This document shows, one piece after another, positions 17,674-24,463 of a DNA stretch of 32,000 nucleotides. The notes under the pieces are model-generated. The model was not told the DNA's origin, did not search any database, and was given only the letters and a program-made list of their open reading frames with translations. Positions within the stretch are counted from its first letter, which is position 1. Each line of letters begins with the position of its first letter. Both the position numbers and the translations under genes were made by a program. The DNA lies in assembly GCF_047555085.1 (NCBI RefSeq), contig NZ_CP180230.1:570001-602000 (forward strand), given 5' to 3'. The DNA comes from Candidatus Saccharimonadota bacterium (GTDB taxonomy: Archaea > Nanohalarchaeota > Nanosalinia > Nanosalinales > Nanosalinaceae).

Positions 17674-18813
17674 TTATCCTCCACCACTGAACTCTGTTGG
17701 TTCTGGAAGTTTTTCGAAGCTGTATCCTGATGCTATGTTGCTCCATTCCTCGTCAAGTTCTTCACGCCATTCGCTGAACTCTCCGGAACTTTTTCTGTCG
17801 AAAGTGTTCAGTTCCGGATCTCTGGAGTTGCCTTTAAGCAGTACTTTTTTCGGAGTTACAAGCATTCCTATGTATCCTTCTCCCTGTTCCTTGAAATTTT
17901 CTATATCGCCTTCCGACCAGCTTTCAGCGTATTTTGGACCGTAACGATGTATTGTGCCAACCGAGTGCGTATGGAATTCTACAAGTCTGTACTTGGCATA
18001 ATTTTCTATCAGTTGGTTGGCTGCTCTCAGTCGGGCCTCATCCGGGGAAACTGACTGCTCATCCCCTACACCGGTCTTCAGAGTTTTCAGTACTGTCCAG
18101 TCTTTCCCTTCTTTCCTGCATATAAGGAGGCCTGTGATCTCCTCATTGTATGTATTAGCTGCGTGACGCAGATTCTGGAGGAACTCTTTATCGATGAATA
18201 TCTTTGTGTTTCCGCTTTTTCTTTCAGAGGCCTCTCCTGCATTTTCAAGTACAACGCCTATGACGTTCTTTCGATGCTTCAGTGATTCCACTATTCTGTG
18301 GCTTTCAGCGTAGCTTTCAAGATTTTCGTATTCGCTGAGCAATGTCTCAAGTTTTTCCTGCCTTTCCATAAGGCCTGAAAGCCTGTTCCCCATCTCCTGC
18401 ATCTGCTCTCCCTCATAATCGACTTCTGCAAGAAGATGTGCATCTTTTAATCGCCTTGCGATATTTTCAAGTTCTTTTCCTTCTCCTACAGCTTTCTCAA
18501 GCTCTGATACAAGCTGATCAGAAAGTGAGAAAAGCATGCTGTACTCGTTTTTCTTGTTTGGTGATGTATGCGTTGAATCCAGTTTTTTCGCCCATTCCAG
18601 ATTCTCGTCTATGGCCTGACTGTACTGCTGCAGAAGAGTTCTCCCGTCGTCGCTCAGATGTATCGTGCAGGCCTCGCAGATATTTTCCACTTCATCGATA
18701 TCGGAGTTATTTGAAAGCAGAAGGCCTAGAGCTTCTTCTCTGTCTCTTCCGTCGGGGACTTCCAGGCGTTCACTCAGTACGGCTTTGAACTGGCTGTAGT
18801 AGTTCTCACTCAT
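17674..18813 (-). CDS. Cluster gene D: coiled-coil adaptor plus a JAMM/MPN+ (JAB) metalloprotease domain
   Basis: NEEITGLL (Glu225/226) ... EFH282TH284S...S301EGD304 gives E...HxH...SxxD. The ATG at 18813 (or GTG at 18816) overlaps the stop of gene C (ATGAGTGA) and is preceded by a GGGGGAG Shine-Dalgarno-like run. Confidence 0.8.
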   Translation of the reverse strand: MSENYYSQFKAVLSERLEVPDGRDREEALGLLLSNNSDIDEVENICEACTIHLSDDGRTLLQQYSQAIDENLEWAKKLDSTHTSPNKKNEYSMLFSLSDQLVSELEKAVGEGKELENIARRLKDAHLLAEVDYEGEQMQEMGNRLSGLMERQEKLETLLSEYENLESYAESHRIVESLKHRKNVIGVVLENAGEASERKSGNTKIFIDKEFLQNLRHAANTYNEEITGLLICRKEGKDWTVLKTLKTGVGDEQSVSPDEARLRAANQLIENYAKYRLVEFHTHSVGTIHRYGPKYAESWSEGDIENFKEQGEGYIGMLVTPKKVLLKGNSRDPELNTFDRKSSGEFSEWREELDEEWSNIASGYSFEKLPEPTEFSGGG

Positions 18814-19630
18814 CACTCTCCCCCAGTAGATTGATTATACGTCTTATCCTGTCTATGTCTTCTTCCAGTTCATCTATTTCCTCGTCCATCAGCTCATTGA
18901 TCTCGTCTTCAGCATCTGATAGAATTCTTATAACTTGTTCAAGTTCTCTGGCAGTTGTCTCGGCTTCTTCATCGGCCTCTTCTTCCTCGCCTTCATCTAT
19001 TTCATCTTCTTCACGGGCCTCTTCTTCCTCGATCTGCTCTTCTTCGGTTTCTGCCCTGTCCAGTGCTTCTTTAGTGGCCTCTATACCTTCCACCATCTGT
19101 CCGACACCGCTTGAAGTGGCCTTAACTGATGCTCCGGTAATGTAAGCTGATCCTGCTATAGTTCCTCCGACTCCTCCGATAAGTATGAACAGTGTTCCTG
19201 CAAGGATCATGAATGTGAATGCGAGAAGAATCATTGACTGCCAGCCTCTTATCAGGCCTGTGAATCCTGCTGATCCAACTACGGTAAGCGTTATCAGTAG
19301 TGTAAGTACCGCAAGTACGTTTCTGCTATCATCGTCTGTAAGGCCTACAGCATCCTGGAACGGCGTGTCCATGTTGCTGTCTTCGAGGTTCTTATCGAGG
19401 TACTGGAGCGCTATCTTGAAGATTACGTATGCGGATACCCACATAACGGAGAATGTTGCGAGTATGCCAAGCACGTGGTATGGTTCCGAGACTCTTATTC
19501 CGAATACCTGTGATAGAAGTTCTGGAAGAGATGCAGATCCATACCCGTAGTATCCTCCGTTAGTTATCTGTGCAGATGTGGATGGTATGAAGGCTGTAAA
19601 CAGTAAAACCAGTTTTCTCCAGCGCCCCAT
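18806..19630 (-). CDS. Cluster gene C: signal peptide, 3 TM helices, then an acidic coiled-coil tail (short paralogue of gene A)
   Basis: The N-terminal 160 aa are collinear with gene A: signal peptide ending TSAQITNGG, helices LGILATFSVMWVSAYVIF, VLAVLTLLITLTVVG and the identical GLIRGWQSMILLAFTFMI. The tail then carries ARELEQVIRIL. Confidence 0.8.
   Translation of the reverse strand: MGRWRKLVLLFTAFIPSTSAQITNGGYYGYGSASLPELLSQVFGIRVSEPYHVLGILATFSVMWVSAYVIFKIALQYLDKNLEDSNMDTPFQDAVGLTDDDSRNVLAVLTLLITLTVVGSAGFTGLIRGWQSMILLAFTFMILAGTLFILIGGVGGTIAGSAYITGASVKATSSGVGQMVEGIEATKEALDRAETEEEQIEEEEAREEDEIDEGEEEEADEEAETTARELEQVIRILSDAEDEINELMDEEIDELEEDIDRIRRIINLLGESDE
19206..19258. repeat. 53-nt block nearly identical (2 mismatches) to 22904-22956; encodes GLIRGWQSMILLAFTFMI in gene C
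   Basis: Compared directly: atcatgaatgtgaatgcgagaagaatcattgactgccagcctcttatcaggcc versus atcatgaacgtgaatgcgagaaggatcattgactgccagcctcttatcaggcc. Confidence 0.85.
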
Positions 19631-19653
19631 GCCGTAAAATTATCGGTTCGTGG

Positions 19654-19661
19654 TTATAAGA
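19654..19661 (-). promoter_or_regulatory. TATA-like box (minus strand tcttataa) at -24..-31 of the gene C ATG
   Basis: Read directly. A T-run (ttcttcttttttg on the minus strand) lies further upstream, just downstream of the gene B stop. This suggests C-D-E is its own transcription unit. Confidence 0.4.
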
Positions 19662-19724
19662 GTTTACAAGAAAACGGCGTTTTCAATCAAAAAAGAAGAA
19701 TAAGAAGGGAGAAGTCAGGATGGC

Positions 19725-21110
19725 TCAGGGCATCCTGGCCATGCTTTCTATCTCTTCCCTGAACTCCTCGACAGCATCGTATTCTTCGCCAGTAGCATCT
19801 TCTACGTGAGACTGGACTCTCTCCGTCAGCGAATGGATGCCATAATCGTCCTCTGCAGTGATATCATCAAGGCCAAGGTGATCGTACAGACCTACAACTT
19901 CATCAAGACGTGTACCAACACGTACATCTTCCTCATCAAGCCTGTCTGTTATTGCTTCAGCTGCCTGTGCGTAATCCGTTACTGCATCCTCCAGGTAGTC
20001 GATTCTTGTCAAAGCACGCTTTGCAACTGCATTGGCTGCTCTGCTGATATCCTGTACTACGCCCTGCTGGTCCTGTGAAAGCTCCGGTGAGCCTGGAAGT
20101 GTTTCTGGAACAGATTTAGCTTCATAAACGTCGCGCATGTTCCCAAGGCTGGATAGTGTGATGAAAAGATCCTCTATGCTCTCTGCCTGATCCTCAACAT
20201 ACTCTATCACATCGGTAGAGAACTCAACATGAACCTCTTCAAGTTCATCCATCCTGTCCGTTCTCTCTGAGACAAGATCCTGTTTCTCATCCTTGAGTGT
20301 AGAACGCTGTTCCTGAGCATCAGATCTAACTTCCTGTTTCTCCTCTTCAAGCTCTTCACGGCGCTCCTCATACTCGGATTCAGCCTCTTCCACAGTAGTT
20401 CTGAAGCTTCCCGAGATATCATCCCATTCCTGCTGCCACATATCATTCGTCTCATCGTAGGACGACTCATCAAGATCAGAAGTGGACATGCCAGAAACCT
20501 GAGACTTCAGATCTCCAACTTCTTCCTCCTTCTCCCGTTCAGCCTGCTCAATACGCTCATCTCTTCTTTCCTCAGCCTGCTCAATCTCCTGCTCAATCTC
20601 ATCAACACGCTCCCGCTCCCTGTCGGAAACATTGCTTATCAGGCCTGTAAACTGCTGGACCTGTGATGAGAGAGTATCAACAGCAGCAGAGTTGGACTGG
20701 AGATATTCCATCAAGCTCTGATCCTCATCAGCAAACTCGATGCGCTCTCCATCCTCCTCAAGATACTTTAAATCAACCAGCTCCCACTCATCATCTACTT
20801 CTGCAAGACCTGTCTCACGGGCATCCGCAAGGAACCTGTTAACAGGCTGATTCTCATCACCAGCTCTGCTTTCAAGCCTGCTCTTCAGATCACGGAACTG
20901 TATTTCTCTCTGTCTCTGTTTCCCAAGCGCATTGCCGTACTCCGACTCAGCACTCTGGGCCTCTCTAGCAAGTTCATCTTCATCAAGAACATTTGCATTA
21001 GCATGAGTTCCAGCACGTCTGTTCGCAGGATTTCCATTAACCTCAGCCTCTCTCCCTTCAAGTTCAAAACCAAATTCTTCCTCTACAGTCTCCTCTCCAT
21101 TATCATCCAT
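19725..21110 (-). CDS. Cluster gene B: highly acidic soluble coiled-coil protein (461 aa), unknown function
   Basis: Long ORF with no TM helix and extended Glu/Asp/Arg-rich helical repeats. A GGTGA Shine-Dalgarno lies 7 nt upstream of the ATG. Confidence 0.7.
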   Translation of the reverse strand: MDDNGEETVEEEFGFELEGREAEVNGNPANRRAGTHANANVLDEDELAREAQSAESEYGNALGKQRQREIQFRDLKSRLESRAGDENQPVNRFLADARETGLAEVDDEWELVDLKYLEEDGERIEFADEDQSLMEYLQSNSAAVDTLSSQVQQFTGLISNVSDRERERVDEIEQEIEQAEERRDERIEQAEREKEEEVGDLKSQVSGMSTSDLDESSYDETNDMWQQEWDDISGSFRTTVEEAESEYEERREELEEEKQEVRSDAQEQRSTLKDEKQDLVSERTDRMDELEEVHVEFSTDVIEYVEDQAESIEDLFITLSSLGNMRDVYEAKSVPETLPGSPELSQDQQGVVQDISRAANAVAKRALTRIDYLEDAVTDYAQAAEAITDRLDEEDVRVGTRLDEVVGLYDHLGLDDITAEDDYGIHSLTERVQSHVEDATGEEYDAVEEFREEIESMARMP

Positions 21111-21231
21111 ATTGTAATCACCAGGGTATAGTAAAGCACGTGAGAATTATATACTTAATCCTGGCCTTAGATTTGAACAGAATCATTTAAGACCACTGAG
21201 AAAAATTATGATCGCTGCTAGGACGTCTTCA

Positions 21232-23313
21232 TTAACTCTCAAACGTGTAAAAAACTTCTTCAATTCTCTCTCTTTCAATATTCCTGAAAACGTCTCCTGT
21301 TGCCGGGCAGAAGCACACGCCAATACTCTCCGTGTCAACGAACACACAAGGAAAAACACCGCCGCCTACACGATAAAAACCGAGGCTGACAAACGCATCA
21401 TCAATGAAATCCCTGACAGGCCTCCATGCACCAACTTTGGAGCTGTTAAGCTCATCTACAAGCCTGTGATCATATATAGGCCTGAAGTTATGGATAAGGA
21501 ATCCAAGATAAACCGCATTCACAAGATCAGAATCAAAACGCAGAGAATCAAACGCTTCGGACAGCAAAATATTCTTCCTGTCCCTATCAGGAATTTTTGA
21601 AGAATTTATATCGCTATTTATGGACTCGAAGACATTAACAAGCTCTTCACCAACCTTGCTTTTCCTGCTTATGTCTCTGGACTTGATAAAATTCCTTATG
21701 TCTCCTTCAAATCTTTTGATAAGGCCTCTGGATTTCTTATCAAATTCAAAAGCTTTTTTGCCAGTATGGCTTCCTGCCGACATACCGATATCTACTTTCA
21801 AAGTTGTATTGCTTTTTCCGGAAGGAAAAATAGTTAGTCCAGGCCTTATCGAAGCTTCAGCTTCTGCTTCGCTGTCAAAACTTACAAATTTGGCTGTACT
21901 GATGCCAGTACTGCTTGAGTCGATGATCTGTTCTGTCAGTATTTTTCTTACATCTATTGCGTTTCTTAGGGCGTCAAGGCCTCCTATATGGGATTCAAGC
22001 TCCTTGATGTGCTCCTCTAAATCTTTCAGTCTTTCGTCCATATCTCTTATGCGCTCAAGTTCTTTCTTCAGCTCCTTCAGTTGATTTATCTCGTACTCGT
22101 ATTCTTCTGCAATTTTTCTCCTGTTTCTGGATGACTCCAGATGATCTATTAGCTCTTGAAGATCTTTTTCCTCATCCACAGCATGGCCTATCTCGGCCTC
22201 AAGGCCTTCGATTAAATCCTGTAACTCGCTGTAAATCCTGTTGTTGGCCTCCAAGTCAGATACCTGATTTTTCAATCTTTCAAGTTCATTCAGGTACTGC
22301 TCCAGCAAGTCCAGTTCCTCTTCCGTGACCGGCAAAGCTCCTGCAGAATTTATTATATCTCTGAAACGTGCTTCAGCTTCACCTGAGGCCTCGTTAAGTG
22401 AAAGAAGCTCTTCCAGTTCATCCCTACTTATTTCAAGTCTCTCTACTACATTCCTGAGATTTTCGAATCCTTCATGTCCCTCCTGTACTCCAAGAGCTCT
22501 CAGTAACTCTTTCAAGGCCTGCAAATCATTTTTCAGATTTTCAAGCTCTGTGCTGATACTTCCCTCTATCCTGTTCTCTATATCCTCGATCAACTGTATG
22601 ACTCTTTCAAGCCTGTTAGCTATATCCTCTAACTCTCTTTCTACTTCACTCGCTCCACGACTGCCTGTATCTGTTGAACTGTCAGTATCGCCTTCCTCTT
22701 TTCTTCGTGCATCATCCTCTTCCCTGTCGATGCTTTCCTCAAGTTCCTCGACTTCATCCTCTTCCCCTCTTATCTTCTCAACCTCTTCTGAGGCCTCTTT
22801 CACTCCTCTGGCAACTGATTTAGCGGATTTACCGAGTAGATATCCGCCGCCTCCCAGTATAAAGCCTGTGCCTCCTATAAGTACGAACATCAGGCCTGCT
22901 ATAATCATGAACGTGAATGCGAGAAGGATCATTGACTGCCAGCCTCTTATCAGGCCGTAAAACGCTCCTGTGCCGATGACGCTGAGAGTTACAAGTAGAG
23001 TGAGTACCGCCAGAATATTCCTGTCCTCGCTCCTGGCAATTCCAAATGCGTCAGCAAATCCGTTGCGTCCGTCAAGGCCTTCATCCAGCTTCCCTATAGC
23101 TATCTTGAAGATTAAATACGCGGACAGCCACATCAGGCCGAAAGTAGCAAGCAGTCCTATCAGTTCTGTAGGATTTCCGATGTTGATCCCCAGTAGTTCT
23201 GATAGAAGAGCAGGTATAGACGCTGTGCTTCCGAAGCCTCCTCCGGTTATCTGCGCAGAGGCCTCAGACAAAAGAAGCGAAAACACAAGTACTAGCTGGG
23301 AAAGCCTCTTCAT
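21232..23313 (-). CDS. Cluster gene A: signal peptide, 3 TM helices, about 280 aa of coiled coil, and an unknown C-terminal globular domain of about 230 aa
   Basis: 693 aa. The signal peptide ends EASAQITGGG and the TM helices are paralogous to gene C. RELEDIANRL sits at aa 226-235. The C-terminal domain (STGISTAKFVSF...FYRVGGGVFPCVFVDTESIGVCFCPATGD...) matches nothing I recognise. Confidence 0.8.
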   Translation of the reverse strand: MKRLSQLVLVFSLLLSEASAQITGGGFGSTASIPALLSELLGINIGNPTELIGLLATFGLMWLSAYLIFKIAIGKLDEGLDGRNGFADAFGIARSEDRNILAVLTLLVTLSVIGTGAFYGLIRGWQSMILLAFTFMIIAGLMFVLIGGTGFILGGGGYLLGKSAKSVARGVKEASEEVEKIRGEEDEVEELEESIDREEDDARRKEEGDTDSSTDTGSRGASEVERELEDIANRLERVIQLIEDIENRIEGSISTELENLKNDLQALKELLRALGVQEGHEGFENLRNVVERLEISRDELEELLSLNEASGEAEARFRDIINSAGALPVTEEELDLLEQYLNELERLKNQVSDLEANNRIYSELQDLIEGLEAEIGHAVDEEKDLQELIDHLESSRNRRKIAEEYEYEINQLKELKKELERIRDMDERLKDLEEHIKELESHIGGLDALRNAIDVRKILTEQIIDSSSTGISTAKFVSFDSEAEAEASIRPGLTIFPSGKSNTTLKVDIGMSAGSHTGKKAFEFDKKSRGLIKRFEGDIRNFIKSRDISRKSKVGEELVNVFESINSDINSSKIPDRDRKNILLSEAFDSLRFDSDLVNAVYLGFLIHNFRPIYDHRLVDELNSSKVGAWRPVRDFIDDAFVSLGFYRVGGGVFPCVFVDTESIGVCFCPATGDVFRNIERERIEEVFYTFES
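22904..22956. repeat. Partner of the 53-nt conserved block at 19206-19258 (gene A copy)
   Basis: See 19206-19258. The flanking paralogous sequence is much more diverged at the nucleotide level. Confidence 0.85.
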
Positions 23314-23336
23314 AAGGCCTAATTTGTCTTTTACAA

Positions 23337-23344
23337 AATATAAA
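23337..23344 (-). promoter_or_regulatory. TATA-like box (minus strand tttatatt) at -24..-31 of the gene A ATG
   Basis: Read directly, in the 242-bp divergent region shared with the AbrB-like gene. Confidence 0.4.
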
Positions 23345-23555
23345 GATGGAAGAACACCTCAAAAATTCATCTCCCACGTTCAGCCCACGCACAGTTTAAA
23401 AATATGGCAGCTACAATTTCTGTCTGTGGTTCACAAATGAAAGGTGAATACGATCATCTCTCCAGAAGGAGAGAAAGCGGAAGAAAAGTTACAGAATAGT
23501 TCTCAAAATCTTCTAGATAGTTCAAGCGATTCCTGCAGCTCTTCACCAATCAAAG

Positions 23556-23804
23556 GTGAAGGCGTTCACGGAAAGCTTCTCAACAACTCTTGACTCAAAA
23601 GGCCGTGTAACTTTACCTGCCAGTGTCAGAAGGAAGCTAGGCCTCGAGAAAGGAGACAAAGTGAAGATCTCCGCAAAAAATCCCCGCATCCGGAGTAGAG
23701 AGGCCTCATGTATTGAGGAGGCTCTGAGCTTTCTGCAGGAATTTGATTCCGTGGAAACTTTCTCCTTCAACGGGGAAAGAGTTGAGGTGGTTCTAAGTGG
23801 ATAG
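23556..23804 (+). CDS. AbrB/SpoVT/MazE-family DNA-binding protein (antitoxin-like)
   Basis: DSKGRVTLPASVRRKLGLEKGDKVKI is a typical swapped-hairpin AbrB motif. GTG start, with no in-frame ATG available upstream. Confidence 0.75.
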   Translation: MKAFTESFSTTLDSKGRVTLPASVRRKLGLEKGDKVKISAKNPRIRSREASCIEEALSFLQEFDSVETFSFNGERVEVVLSG

Positions 23805-24378
23805 CCTCGAGTTCACGGATCTAAGTTACGAACCCGGTGAGTACTCTCTAAGCGACGAAAAGATGGAATCAGCTGTGATAGGTATGTACCAGAGAGTGTT
23901 CAATAACTCTCCTTACGGGGAGAACTTTGACTACGAACTGGCTGAAGATATTGTCCAGGGAATCCGGGGAAAGGATACGGAAGGCCTTCTTGCTGTTCAG
24001 GACGGTATGCCTGTCGGATTTGCATGGGGAGAAGTTCTGGAGCCGGGGGATAGGGAAATTTTTCCGGATGAAATCCCTGGAGAATTCTTCGATGGAAGTA
24101 GTTACTACTTCGCTGAGCTCGGTGTACTACCGGATTACCGTGATCAGGGCCTCGGTAAAGAGCTAAAGAGGCGGGAGCTGGAGAAAGTTAAAAACCGTGA
24201 AGATATCGATAAAGGCCTGATGCGGACATCTGTGGAGGAGAACGATAAGAAGCTGGGTCTTGACAGCGATCTGGGATTCGAGGCCTTGGAGCCTGATGGA
24301 GAACCTGTAACAGAGGAGGTTGAATCCGTGGGAGTTGAAGGAAGTGATCTCCGTGGCTACTTCTGGAGGCCTGTATGA
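23797..24378 (+). CDS. GNAT-family N-acetyltransferase; start uncertain (GTG at 23797 overlapping the AbrB stop, or ATG at 23863)
   Basis: AELGVLPDYRDQGLGKELKRREL matches the acetyl-CoA-binding motif A (R/Q-x-x-G-x-G/A). Confidence 0.7.
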   Translation: MDSLEFTDLSYEPGEYSLSDEKMESAVIGMYQRVFNNSPYGENFDYELAEDIVQGIRGKDTEGLLAVQDGMPVGFAWGEVLEPGDREIFPDEIPGEFFDGSSYYFAELGVLPDYRDQGLGKELKRRELEKVKNREDIDKGLMRTSVEENDKKLGLDSDLGFEALEPDGEPVTEEVESVGVEGSDLRGYFWRPV

Positions 24379-24463
24379 AGCTTTCTGGAAGTTTTCTCTC
24401 TTTTTTCTTTACTTATTTAGTATTGGAGGCCTCTCCTATCTTCATGAGAAATGGTGAAATCAG

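Noticed and set aside
17674-17685. The C-terminal ...FSGGG of the JAMM protein as a ubiquitin-like diglycine tail
   Set aside because: The Gly codons (GGTGGAGGA) double as the Shine-Dalgarno sequence for the immediately following gene E. There is also no room for a beta-grasp domain after the JAB core. A translational-coupling by-product is the simpler explanation.
18831-22960. Plus-strand ORFs inside the cluster (18831-19145, 19185-19550, 19806-20078, 21208-21600, 21620-22084, 22131-22328, 22325-22960), plus the out-of-frame minus-strand ORFs 20207-20473 and 20885-21073
   Set aside because: All are antisense to, or out of frame with, the long minus-strand genes A, B and C. Their compositions are Ser-rich or basic, and they have no independent start signals.
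15951-23313. The idea that the cluster is a tRNA-Thr-targeted integrated island
   Set aside because: There is no integrase or recombinase, I found no direct repeat of the tRNA 3' end, and I saw no obvious compositional break. The AGGCCT density inside the cluster is similar to that in the housekeeping genes, which argues for long residence.
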